The notes: a model not told the origin generated them from the sequence alone. A stretch of 34,664 bases of DNA from a candidate division NPL-UPA2 bacterium (GCA_018725205.1 QLUB01000002.1:1-34664); one strand, 5' to 3'; shown: positions 17,011-28,785, numbered from the stretch's first letter. Numbers and translations: made by a program.

Positions 17011-18336
17011 GTGGCCAGTAGTTTTGACGTGCTGCAGAGAGTAAAAGAGGACAATATCAGGTTTGTCAGGTTGCAGTTCACAGACATCTTAGGCGTCAAC
17101 AAGAATGTCGCTATTTCGGTCGACGAAATCGAACAAGCTCTCGAGGGGCAGCTAATGTTTGACGGCTCCTCCATCGAGGGGTTTGCCCGCATTGAGGAAT
17201 CAGACATGCTGCTTAAGGCCGACCCAGACACCTATGCGGTCTTTCCGTGGACGAAAGACAAAGCCCCAACGGCGCGCCTTATTTGCGACGTTCTTAACAC
17301 CGACGGCACACTCTTTAGCGGTTGCCCGCGCGGCACGCTGAAGCGCGCTGTAGCGGAGGCACAAGCCCTTGGGTACACCATGCAGGTCGGCCCCGAGGCT
17401 GAGTTCTTCTTGTTTAAGCGCGACGCCGAAGGACGTCCCACCACTATTACCAACGACCGCGGCGGCTACTTTGACCTCTCGCCGATTGACCGCGGCGAAG
17501 ACGCCCGCAGAGACATAGTCTTAACGCTCGAGGAGATGGGCTTCCACGTCGAAGCCTCGCACCATGAGTGCGCACCAGGGCAACACGAGATAGACTTTAG
17601 GTATGCGCCGGCGCTTACTACCGCAGATAATGTTACCACATTTAAGCTTGTGGTGCGTACCATTGCCATGCAGCACGGGTTGCACGCTACCTTTATGCCG
17701 AAGCCCCTTTACGGCGAAGCTGGCTCGGGGATGCACATTAACCAGTCTCTGTTTATGAACGGCACTAACGCTTTCTACGACCCAACTGCCCCGCGCCAAT
17801 TAAGTAGCGTGGCCATGCAGTACTTGGCCGGTCTCATTAAGTATGTGCGGGAGTACACCGCCATTACTAATCCTCTCGTCAACTCCTATAAGCGCCTAGT
17901 GCCGGGATACGAAGCGCCGGTCTACATCGCTTGGTCGGAGCGCAACCGCAGCCCACTTATCCGCGTTCCTGCCAGACGAGGCAATGCCACGCGGCTTGAA
18001 TTGCGCAGCCCCGACCCAAGCTGCAATCCCTACCTAGCGTTTGCGGTGGTCCTGCGCGCCGGGCTGCAGGGGATTAAGGACGGGTTAGTGCCGCCCGCGC
18101 CGGTAGAGCGCAATATCTACGATATGGGTGAGGGGGATCGCCGCAGTGCCGGTGTAGAGGGCTTGCCCGGTAGCCTGCCGGAGGCTTTGCAGTACTTTAG
18201 CCAGAGCCAACTTATGCGGGACACGCTTGGGGAGCACATCGTCGAGCGTTATCTCGCCGCCAAAAAGGCAGAACACCACCTCTACGAAAAGACAGTGCAC
18301 CCTTGGGAGCTAGAAAGATACCTGTCAATTTTCTAG
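17011..18336 (+). CDS. glnA: Glutamine synthetase type I (alpha-like, Bacillus-type)
   Basis: IRFVRLQFTDILG, FDGSSIEGF, EVGPEAEFFLF, HHECAPGQHEIDF and SGMHINQSLF. The start is uncertain: GTG 17011 has the best SD spacing (GGTGA-N5), with alternatives at 17002 and 16972. The listed 16858 start overlaps the divergent DUF362 gene. Confidence 0.9.
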   Translation: MASSFDVLQRVKEDNIRFVRLQFTDILGVNKNVAISVDEIEQALEGQLMFDGSSIEGFARIEESDMLLKADPDTYAVFPWTKDKAPTARLICDVLNTDGTLFSGCPRGTLKRAVAEAQALGYTMQVGPEAEFFLFKRDAEGRPTTITNDRGGYFDLSPIDRGEDARRDIVLTLEEMGFHVEASHHECAPGQHEIDFRYAPALTTADNVTTFKLVVRTIAMQHGLHATFMPKPLYGEAGSGMHINQSLFMNGTNAFYDPTAPRQLSSVAMQYLAGLIKYVREYTAITNPLVNSYKRLVPGYEAPVYIAWSERNRSPLIRVPARRGNATRLELRSPDPSCNPYLAFAVVLRAGLQGIKDGLVPPAPVERNIYDMGEGDRRSAGVEGLPGSLPEALQYFSQSQLMRDTLGEHIVERYLAAKKAEHHLYEKTVHPWELERYLSIF

Positions 18337-18459
18337 GTACGCCAGCCGCAGCCACACCTAGATGGCGTGCATACGGTCTTTGGGAAAGTAATCGACAACG
18401 TGGACCTCGTTGACCAAATCGAGCAGGGCGATAAGATGCTCAAGGTAAGAGTGCAGTAA
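18337..18459 (+). pseudogene. ppiB: 3' stub of a cyclophilin-type peptidyl-prolyl isomerase (ppiB-like); last ~40 codons only
   Basis: Directly after the glnA TAG the frame reads [40 protein letters not shown]. This is close to the B. subtilis PpiB C-terminus as I recall it ([15 protein letters not shown]...GDVMKSVRV). There is no start codon, RBS or N-terminal part. Confidence 0.8.
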
Positions 18460-18531
18460 TAATTTGGCCTCTGGCTAATTGCCGGGTAGAGCCAGACCAC
18501 GCCTGTATCCGCGCCATTTATGAGGGCGCTA

Positions 18532-19713
18532 TTAACCGGTGGGGGCATCCTGCCAACGCACTCGTTCTACAGCCACTGCCACTACAGCCAAGAGCACTCC
18601 CATCCCCACAAAGACCGAAGGCACACCAAAACCTAACGCCATATATCCGCCAAGCGTAGGGCCAAGCGCAGCGCCAAATTGGCCGAAGCTATTGTTTAGC
18701 GCCAAAGCGCGGCTGCGGAAATTTGTCGGTACAGACTTGGCAATCAGCATCGTGCTAATCGGCATTAGCGCCGCAATAAACAGACCAAGGACAAAGCGCA
18801 TGCCGCCAAGCATATACAAGCTGGTAGACAACGCCGTCAGAACGCTGACCGCTGCGGCCCCAATTAGGGCTACGCGGAGCACTTTTCGCTCTCCCCAAGT
18901 TGCGCTTAAACGTCCCCAGCGTGGGGCAGCCAGTACCGTAGCGATGCCCGCCAGCGCGAAGATAATGCCGGTCGGCACAGCCGCATCGCGTTCACCCGCC
19001 AGCTGCAGGATAAAGATGGGGAGTAGCGGCTGAATTACCATGAGGGCAATATTAAAAATCAGCACGAGCACAAACATCTGCACCAAGAAAGGTTTGCTTA
19101 GTGACTGCCGTATGTCATCGAGCACATCGCGCTTCAGGGAGCGATCGCCCTTGTGAGTCTCGTTAGTGAACATCACCGTAAACATGGTCGCCACAAAGAG
19201 GCTCATTCCAGCGAGCATCAAGGTTTGCTGGATGCCCAAAAAATAGCTCATGTAGCCGCCAACCAGCGGGCCGATGACCGAACCAAAGGCGCCTCCGCTT
19301 TGGATAACACCGAGCGCCGGGCCCATATGTTCTTCCGGTGTGTTCACTGCGACCATGGCAATAGCTGTAGGGATAAACCCATTAAATAAACCCAAAAGCA
19401 AGCGGAGGAAAATAACTTGCCATCCGTTGGTGGCAAATGACAGCAAAATGTAGGTCGCGCCAATCCCCATGCCCGCCCGTACTAGCTGCAACCTGCGCCC
19501 ATACTTGTCCGCTAAGGATCCCCATAGCGGCGCCATCAAGGCGCTGGTGTAAAAGGTAGCGGCAAAAGCCCAGCCCGACCAGACTTCTAAGTTCTCGACC
19601 ACGCCCACATCTTTAAGCAGCATGGGCAAAAACGGGCTGACTAAAGAGAAGGATATGCCTGCAAAGACGGTTCCCACCCACAGCACTAGCAAGTTGCGCC
19701 GCCATAGCTCCAT
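18532..19713 (-). CDS. MFS transporter (12-TM, drug-efflux-like)
   Basis: Polytopic protein with MFS motif A, GSLADKYGRR, between TM2 and TM3. Confidence 0.85.
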   Translation of the reverse strand: MELWRRNLLVLWVGTVFAGISFSLVSPFLPMLLKDVGVVENLEVWSGWAFAATFYTSALMAPLWGSLADKYGRRLQLVRAGMGIGATYILLSFATNGWQVIFLRLLLGLFNGFIPTAIAMVAVNTPEEHMGPALGVIQSGGAFGSVIGPLVGGYMSYFLGIQQTLMLAGMSLFVATMFTVMFTNETHKGDRSLKRDVLDDIRQSLSKPFLVQMFVLVLIFNIALMVIQPLLPIFILQLAGERDAAVPTGIIFALAGIATVLAAPRWGRLSATWGERKVLRVALIGAAAVSVLTALSTSLYMLGGMRFVLGLFIAALMPISTMLIAKSVPTNFRSRALALNNSFGQFGAALGPTLGGYMALGFGVPSVFVGMGVLLAVVAVAVERVRWQDAPTG

Positions 19714-19825
19714 GCGTATCCCCCTGAATGCGTGCTTTTTTGTGATTGTACTATTTCTAGAGGCGAATTACTAGACAGTGGCACTAAGATAGGCGCGCCC
19801 TTTAGGTGTCTTGCTCTGCCAGAAA

Positions 19826-19834
19826 TGCTATAAT
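19826..19834 (+). promoter_or_regulatory. Extended -10 promoter element TGcTATAAT
   Basis: TG at 19826-19827 and TATAAT at 19829-19834, about 78 nt upstream of the DUF1540 start. The -35 is poor. Confidence 0.35.
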
Positions 19835-19911
19835 GACCATGGTGAGTTCTGGCATGAATCTTGCCCCTTGACGCATACTAAACACAGCATGCAACAAAGG
19901 GGGTGAATGTA

Positions 19912-20082
19912 ATGAACGTGGATGGAACCAGTCGTCATCTCTCGGGGGTAAAGTGTGTGGTGAACACATGTCGTTATCACGTGAACACCAGTCACTGTAG
20001 CGCCAAGGAGATTGAGGTGCAGTCGCCTAATGCTCGTAGCAGCAAGGATACCGATTGCAGAACATTCTCCCCACGGGCTTAG
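19912..20082 (+). CDS. DUF1540 small cysteine-rich protein (56 aa; below the ORF-track length cut-off)
   Basis: ATG at 19912 follows AAAGGGGGTGA. MNVDGTSRHLSGVKCVVNTCRYHVNTSHCSAKEIEVQSPNARSSKDTDCRTFSPRA shows the VKC-x-V-x-x-C-x-Y...C-x-A-x-x-I-x-V...T-x-C-x-TF pattern of DUF1540. Confidence 0.8.
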   Translation: MNVDGTSRHLSGVKCVVNTCRYHVNTSHCSAKEIEVQSPNARSSKDTDCRTFSPRA

Positions 20083-20088
20083 GCAGCC

Positions 20089-20128
20089 GGGACGACAGGC
20101 TCATCTGTAAGGATGGGCCTGTCGTCCC
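20089..20128 (+). terminator. Strong hairpin after the DUF1540 gene (12-bp perfect stem)
   Basis: GGGACGACAGGC (20089-20100) pairs perfectly with GCCTGTCGTCCC (20117-20128), with a 16-nt loop. No T-run follows, so the terminator role is uncertain. Confidence 0.45.
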
Positions 20129-20241
20129 ATATGACAACTTTGACCTTCGTGCCGCGACCGCCCGCAGCATAGCGTCCTCCTGCAGGGAAAGAGAAGCGCA
20201 AGTGGAATAGTAAGTGAAGGCGTTCACGCGGGAGGTGCAAA

Positions 20242-21204
20242 GTGACATTTACCGAAGCCGTCAAGAGCGAGCTCGTAAGAGTGATTGACGAGGAGGCCTG
20301 CTGTCGCCGCGCCGAGCTAGTAGCGATCATCAGACAACACGCCACCTTGCAGTTATCTCGCGGCGGTAGCCTAGGCTTAAACATCGCTACTCAAAGCCCC
20401 GGAGTAGCTAGACTTATCTTGCGCCTAGTCAAGGAGCATCAGCCGGAGGCGAGGGTGTTTATTAGGCGTAGGTCGGCGTTTCGCAAGAACCGCATGTACC
20501 TTATTTTTTGCCCGCATGCCGAGGAAGTGCTCATGGCGGTGGGACTGTGGGACGTCGGTAACCGGCGCATTCATTTGACCCAACTTGGACCGATAGTAGA
20601 GTCCGAGCAGGCTGTGGACTGTTGCCTCAGGGCGTATCTGCGTGGCGCGTTTATCATATCCGGCACGATTACCGATCCGAATCGCGTATCGTATCACCTC
20701 GAAATGGTGACGGAGTCCGAAGCACAAGCAGAGTACCTTTGCGCAGTGATGGAGAGATGCCAGCTTGTACCGCGCACCATCAGGCGCAAGGAGCTGCTTG
20801 TGGTGTATCTCAAGGAAGGCGAGCAGATCGTAGATTTCCTGAACCTTGCTGGAGCGCACGCTTCGCTGCTCAGGGTAGAAGAAGCACGGGTACGTAAATC
20901 CATGCGCAATCAAGTAAACAGGCTAGTCAACGCCGAAACTGCCAACCTCAATAAAACCATGCAGACATCCTGGCGACAGGCAGATGCGATTAGGTTTATC
21001 GACAAGACTATTGGCATCACTAGTCTGCCTGAGCCACTGCAGGAGGCTGCGGCCCTGCGCACGCGGTACCCCGAGGCTAGCCTAGCGGAACTAAGTCTTT
21101 ACTTTACCCCGCCGCTTAGTAAAAGCGCGGTTAATCATCGGCTACGCAAACTGGAAGCGGTAGCGAAAAGACACGGGTTTAGGGGAGGGGATGAGCTCAA
21201 GTGA
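20242..21204 (+). CDS. whiA: Sporulation/cell-division transcription factor WhiA
   Basis: GTG follows GGGAGGTG. FTEAVKSEL...CCRRAEL N-terminus, LAGLIDADG-like middle and C-terminal HTH (LSKSAVNHRLRKL). Confidence 0.9.
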   Translation: MTFTEAVKSELVRVIDEEACCRRAELVAIIRQHATLQLSRGGSLGLNIATQSPGVARLILRLVKEHQPEARVFIRRRSAFRKNRMYLIFCPHAEEVLMAVGLWDVGNRRIHLTQLGPIVESEQAVDCCLRAYLRGAFIISGTITDPNRVSYHLEMVTESEAQAEYLCAVMERCQLVPRTIRRKELLVVYLKEGEQIVDFLNLAGAHASLLRVEEARVRKSMRNQVNRLVNAETANLNKTMQTSWRQADAIRFIDKTIGITSLPEPLQEAAALRTRYPEASLAELSLYFTPPLSKSAVNHRLRKLEAVAKRHGFRGGDELK

Positions 21205-21479
21205 AAGAGGCGCAGCGTTTCGCGGTGATATCTAACGAAGTTCTACACTTTAGGCCCTTCGCCCGCTTGCGGGAGCTCTGCAGCCAACTCAACATGGACG
21301 TACGGCTATCGCATGGCGACGATACGCTCTCTGCGGCTAACATTCTAGCCCTTACGGGGTGGGAGCTGACAACAGGGGATCGTGTGCTTGTTACCGTGCG
21401 GGGTAGCGGCGACGTGGATGCGGCGTTAGGCGCAGTTGTGCAGTTTATCGAAGAAGGGTTTGGCGAACGGCAGTGTTAA
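21201..21479 (+). CDS. HPr-family phosphocarrier-like protein (His15 region present, Ser46 motif absent)
   Basis: GTG overlaps the whiA stop (GTGA) after AGGGGAGGGG. VLHFRPFA aligns to the HPr GIHARPA motif. The position equivalent to Ser46 (K-S-I-M) reads A-N-I-L. Confidence 0.7.
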   Translation: MKEAQRFAVISNEVLHFRPFARLRELCSQLNMDVRLSHGDDTLSAANILALTGWELTTGDRVLVTVRGSGDVDAALGAVVQFIEEGFGERQC

Positions 21480-22909
21480 TGGCAGAAGGAATTGGTGTCG
21501 CGGGGGGCACCGCGTGTGGAGTGGCCTATCGACCGTCAACGCGGCGACAGGCGGCGGTAAGCGTCGAGCATGTTTATAGCGCGGCCAAGCGGCGCTACGA
21601 GCGGTGGGCGGAGGACTCTAGCCTGCCTGCAACCGCACGCGACCTGGCACTCGTTTATCTAGCGCTGCTTGAGGACCCGGAACTGCGGGAGGCCATAGAG
21701 GGGGACGTAACTAAGGGGCGGACGGTAGGCGAGGCCATTACTGAGGCCTGTGAGCACCAAGCCAGGCTCCTTGACGGCGCTCGCCACCCTTACCTGCGGC
21801 AGCGTGCCCAAGACTTGCGCGCTCTCGTGCAGGAGCTCTTAGTAATGAAGGACGAGGGCAATTACGGCGGCATATTGCTGGCCGATTCGCTTACCCCGCT
21901 AGGGTTGTACGAGGCGTATGGTGCCGGAGCGCGCGGCATTATCTTGCGCGAATCCTTGGCTTTCACCTCGCACCTCGCGATATTGGCCCGCACCGTAGGC
22001 TTACCGCTGGTGGCTGGCGTGGCCTTCGATATAACGTATTGGCAGGGGCAACTTATCAGCATAGACGGCGCTTCCGGTCAGATCTGGGCAGGGGAGCGAA
22101 GCTTCACTCTGCAGCATATGGACTACACCCCCTACCCGTTGTGGCTTAATGCTGCCTCCGCCCGGGATATTGCCGCAGCACAGGGGTACAAAGGGGTGGG
22201 GCTTTTCCGGACGGAATTTCTCTACCTGCAGTTGGGTGGGATTCCTGCCGTTGAGTACGAAGAAGAGCACTATGTCGCCGCAGTCAAAGCGGCTGCGGGC
22301 AGGCCTGTCATCTTCCGCCTGCTGGACTTGGGCTCTGACAAACCTATAGCTGGGTTGACGTTAGATAAGGAGCCGAACCCCATGCTAGGGGAGCGAGGCG
22401 TGCGGGTCCTCTTGCGGCGCCGCGATATCCTAGAACGGCAAGTCAGGGCACTGCTGGTAGCTTCTGCACACGGACCGCTCAGCATTATGGTTCCGATGGT
22501 GATTAGTGCCCACGAAATGGCGGAGGTGAGAACCGTGCTTAGCGAGCTTGGTGCTTCACACCTTAAGCTCGGCGCGATGCTCGAGACACCCGCCGCGCTG
22601 CTGATGGCGGAGGAACTAACGGGGGTGTCCGACTTCTTTAGCCTTGGCACTAACGACTTAGCGGCATACGTGTACGCCTGCGACCGCGCCGGCGAAATGC
22701 ATTTGCCGGACAAGGCCGAGGCCATGTTTCGCCTGATTGCCTTCTCTTTGCGTGCCGCCAAGCAGCAGGGGCGTGAAGTCGGTGTCTGCGGCGAGTTAGC
22801 GGCTGACCCCGTCTACTCAGCTCGTTTTCTTGAACTGGGATGCGACTACTTAAGCATGGTAGCTTCGGCATTTCCTATCGTCGGAAAAGCTCTGCGCGGG
22901 AGAAATTAA
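21479..22909 (+). CDS. ptsI: PTS Enzyme I-like PEP-utilising protein, shortened (~476 aa)
   Basis: ATG overlaps the HPr-like stop (TAATG). Phospho-His motif FTSHLAILAR, then GLFRTEFLY, RLLDLGSDK, NPMLGERGVR, LETP, FFSLGTNDL and CGELAAD, matching EI catalytic motifs. It is about 90-100 aa shorter than canonical EI. Confidence 0.8.
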   Translation: MAEGIGVAGGTACGVAYRPSTRRQAAVSVEHVYSAAKRRYERWAEDSSLPATARDLALVYLALLEDPELREAIEGDVTKGRTVGEAITEACEHQARLLDGARHPYLRQRAQDLRALVQELLVMKDEGNYGGILLADSLTPLGLYEAYGAGARGIILRESLAFTSHLAILARTVGLPLVAGVAFDITYWQGQLISIDGASGQIWAGERSFTLQHMDYTPYPLWLNAASARDIAAAQGYKGVGLFRTEFLYLQLGGIPAVEYEEEHYVAAVKAAAGRPVIFRLLDLGSDKPIAGLTLDKEPNPMLGERGVRVLLRRRDILERQVRALLVASAHGPLSIMVPMVISAHEMAEVRTVLSELGASHLKLGAMLETPAALLMAEELTGVSDFFSLGTNDLAAYVYACDRAGEMHLPDKAEAMFRLIAFSLRAAKQQGREVGVCGELAADPVYSARFLELGCDYLSMVASAFPIVGKALRGRN

Positions 22910-22920
22910 GCGCTGAATAT

Positions 22921-22940
22921 TTCTCTGTGCCTCTGTGGTG
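22921..22940 (+). promoter_or_regulatory. Direct-repeat element CTCTGTG-c-CTCTGTG in the gap leader (second copy of the 3122-3141 20-mer)
   Basis: TTCTCTGTGCCTCTGTGGTG lies 28 nt upstream of the gap ATG and is 19/20 identical to 3122-3141. Function is unknown. Confidence 0.4.
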
Positions 22941-22967
22941 CAAGTATCCAACACAAGGAGGGTGTTC

Positions 22968-23969
22968 ATGAAAATCGCAATTAATGGTTTTGGACGCATT
23001 GGCCGTCAGGTGTTCCGCATTGCCCACGCCCGGCAAGATATCACCGTCGTCGCCATCAACGACCTTGCTCCCCCGAAAGCACTCGCCCATCTCCTGCAGT
23101 ATGACTCAAACTACGGTCGCTTTGCGGCCCAAGTAGAAGTGACTCCCGCGGGCTTTAGCGTAGATGGCAAGACCATTCGCGTCACGGCAGAAAAGGATCC
23201 TACCCGTCTGCCCTGGCGGGAGCTAGAAGTCGACGTCGTCGTCGAATGCACGGGTAAGTTTAAGGAGCGCGATACAGCCGGGAAACATCTGCTAGCCGGT
23301 GCTAAGAAAGTGCTAATCAGCTCGCCCGCTACAGGCGAGGACATCACCATTGTGCTTGGCTGTAACGAAAATATGTACCGCCATGAAGACCACCACATTA
23401 TCTCGAACGCATCCTGCACCACCAACGGTTTGGGCCCCATAGCCAAGGTACTGCACGAGGAGTTTGGCATCGTTAAAGGGCTTATGAACACGGTGCATGC
23501 TTTCACCAACGACCAGAGTATACTTGACCAGGTGCACTCCGACTTGCGCCGCGCGCGCACCGCCGGTCAATCTATCATTCCCACGAGCACAGGTGCTGCT
23601 AAGGCCATTGGATTAGTGCTGCCTGAGTTAAAGGGAAAGCTTAACGGCTTTGCTCTGCGCGTACCTACGACCACGGTCTCAATAGTTGACTTAACGGTGG
23701 AAACCGCTAAACCTACCACCAAAGAACAAGTTAACGAAGCTTTTCGCAGGGCGGCTGCAGGTCCCATGGCGGGTATTCTTGGTGTTAGCGACGAACCGCT
23801 TGTTTCAATTGACTACTTGGGGGACACTCGTTCATCCATCGTCGACCTCGAACTGACGCAGGTGATTGGTGATACCTTAGTCAAGGTGTGCAGCTGGTAC
23901 GACAACGAGTGGGGATATTCTTGCCGCATGGTGGATGTGCTGTCGCTTATCGCACGCCACATGCAGTAG
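22968..23969 (+). CDS. gap: Glyceraldehyde-3-phosphate dehydrogenase
   Basis: ATG follows AAGGAGGGTG. MKIAINGFGRIGR, catalytic SNASCTTN and C-terminal WYDNEWGYS. Confidence 0.95.
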   Translation: MKIAINGFGRIGRQVFRIAHARQDITVVAINDLAPPKALAHLLQYDSNYGRFAAQVEVTPAGFSVDGKTIRVTAEKDPTRLPWRELEVDVVVECTGKFKERDTAGKHLLAGAKKVLISSPATGEDITIVLGCNENMYRHEDHHIISNASCTTNGLGPIAKVLHEEFGIVKGLMNTVHAFTNDQSILDQVHSDLRRARTAGQSIIPTSTGAAKAIGLVLPELKGKLNGFALRVPTTTVSIVDLTVETAKPTTKEQVNEAFRRAAAGPMAGILGVSDEPLVSIDYLGDTRSSIVDLELTQVIGDTLVKVCSWYDNEWGYSCRMVDVLSLIARHMQ

Positions 23970-23977
23970 GTGGACAC

Positions 23978-25168
23978 ATGGAAAAACTCATGTTAAAGGA
24001 CATTGACGTTAACAACAAGCGCGTGTTTGTGCGGGTAGACTTTAACGTGCCACTTGACGACAACGGCGCGATCACCGACGACACCCGTATTCGAGCCGCA
24101 CTGCCCACGCTTCGCTACTTGCGTGAGCATGCGGCGAAAGTGGTTTTGGCGAGTCACCTCGGGCGCCCTAAAGGCGGGTTTGAGGCTCGCTACAGTGTAG
24201 CGCCGGCAGCGCGGAGGCTATCGGAGTTGCTGGAGACTGAGGTGCCGACTCTTTCAGATTGTATTGGACCGGAAGTAGAGGCAAAAGTCGCCGCGCTTAA
24301 GCCTGGGGAAATCGTAATGCTTGAGAACCTGCGCTTTCACGCAGCAGAAGAGAAAAATTCCCCGGAGTTTGCAGAGGCCTTAGCGCGACTGGCAGACGTC
24401 TACGTGAACGATGCTTTCGGAGCTGCTCATCGCGCTCATGCCAGTGTCTCAGGCGTACCGGCGCTAATTCAGCCTGCGGCTGCAGGTTTTCTGATGAGCA
24501 AAGAGTTAGACTTTCTCGGCGGCGCGCTCGAGAGTCCGCGGCGCCCATTCGTCGCCATACTGGGAGGCAAAAAGGTCTCGGACAAAATAAAGGTCGTCGA
24601 AACACTGCTCACGCGCGTGGACAGCCTGATTATCGGCGGCGGCATGGCCAACACCTTCCTTAAAGCATGTGGCGTGGATGTAGGCAAGTCCCTCTATGAG
24701 CCGTCGCAAGTAGAGCTTGCCGCCGAGCTGCTCGACCTAGCCGAGCGCAGCAAGGTAGCTGTGCACCTGCCGATAGATGTAGTGGTGGCCACGGACATTA
24801 ACGCGGAAGAAGGCGAAATCGTCGGGCTGGACGCTATTCCCGTGGACGGCGCCATAGTCGACATCGGCCCCGCGACGGGAGACCTTTTCGCTTCTGTCAT
24901 TGCCGCGGCCAGACTTGTGCTGTGGAATGGGCCCATGGGCGTGTTTGAGAACCCGGTTTTCGCCGTGGGCACGTTTGGCGTAGCCGAGGCGCTGGCCGCA
25001 TCGCAGGCCGTAACCATTGTGGGCGGAGGAGACAGCGCCGCTGCCGTCGAGCAATCCGGTCTGGCCTCGCGCATGACCCACATTTCAACCGGGGGAGGGG
25101 CCTCCCTAGAGTTTTTGGAGGGGAAGGTATTGCCGGGCGTCGCCGCGCTGACTGACAGGCATGGGTAA
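23978..25168 (+). CDS. pgk: Phosphoglycerate kinase
   Basis: KRVFVRVDFNVP, ASHLGRPKG, NGPMGVFE and STGGGASLE. Start at ATG 23978 (or 23990); the listed 23888 start overlaps gap. Confidence 0.95.
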   Translation: MEKLMLKDIDVNNKRVFVRVDFNVPLDDNGAITDDTRIRAALPTLRYLREHAAKVVLASHLGRPKGGFEARYSVAPAARRLSELLETEVPTLSDCIGPEVEAKVAALKPGEIVMLENLRFHAAEEKNSPEFAEALARLADVYVNDAFGAAHRAHASVSGVPALIQPAAAGFLMSKELDFLGGALESPRRPFVAILGGKKVSDKIKVVETLLTRVDSLIIGGGMANTFLKACGVDVGKSLYEPSQVELAAELLDLAERSKVAVHLPIDVVVATDINAEEGEIVGLDAIPVDGAIVDIGPATGDLFASVIAAARLVLWNGPMGVFENPVFAVGTFGVAEALAASQAVTIVGGGDSAAAVEQSGLASRMTHISTGGGASLEFLEGKVLPGVAALTDRHG

Positions 25169-25933
25169 GGTGAGTAGTGCACATAAGCCTCTGGTGATTG
25201 GCAACTGGAAGATGAACGGGCAGCTTGCGGCGAGCGGCGCGCTGACGCGTGAACTCGTGTATGCGCTTCGCACTCCCGAGATGTGCGAAGTCGTGCTCTG
25301 CCCACCATTTACCGCTCTCCAGCAAGTGGGCCAGCTCTTAACAGGATCAAAAATTCGACTTGGTGCCCAAAACGGCTTCCCCTCAGACAAGGGCGCGTTT
25401 ACCGGCGAAGTTTCTATGGCTATGGTGCGCGACATCGGCTGTGCCTATGTGCTCGTAGGCCATTCCGAGCGCCGGCAGCACCTGTCAGAAGATGACGGGT
25501 TTGTCGCGCGCAAAGTGTTTGCGGCAGTGGGCCATGACCTTACCCCTGTGCTCTGTGTGGGGGAAAGCGGGGAAGTACGCGCAGCGGGAGACAGCGAGAG
25601 CTTTGTGCTGGGGCAAATAGAACGGGGCTTAAGCATGTTGCCGGTTGGGGCTGGTTTCGTCCTTGCTTACGAGCCCGTATGGGCCATCGGCACAGGGCTC
25701 GCCGCGACAGCGCGGGATGCTAACGCTATGCTTGCGGCTGTGCGAGAATGGCTGTGCGAGAAGCGAGGTATCCCTAGAGGTACCTTTAGGATGCTGTACG
25801 GCGGCAGTGTGGGACATGAAAACATTGCGGATTTTACCGCCCAAAGCGAGATTGACGGTGCTTTGGTCGGCGGCGCGAGCCTGAACGCACAGGCGTTTGC
25901 CGCTGTGGTACTTGGTGCCGCGCAGGGGTATCT

Positions 25934-25949
<16 letters not shown>
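25161..25949 (+). CDS. tpiA: Triose-phosphate isomerase
   Basis: VIGNWKMNG, VGHSERR, AYEPVWAIGTG and YGGSV motifs. It overlaps the pgk stop by 8 nt. Confidence 0.93.
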
Positions 25950-28710
<2,761 letters not shown>

Positions 28711-28722
28711 GCAGCGCGCTTG

Positions 28723-28751
28723 TTGTAAACGCGTTGTGCGTATGCTAGAAT
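28723..28751 (+). promoter_or_regulatory. Candidate secG promoter
   Basis: TTGTAA (28723-28728), 17 nt spacer, TAGAAT (28746-28751) with an extended -10 TG at 28743-28744. Confidence 0.5.
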
Positions 28752-28785
28752 CAGTGGAGTTGATGCGAGGGGAGGTAGGGGCATA

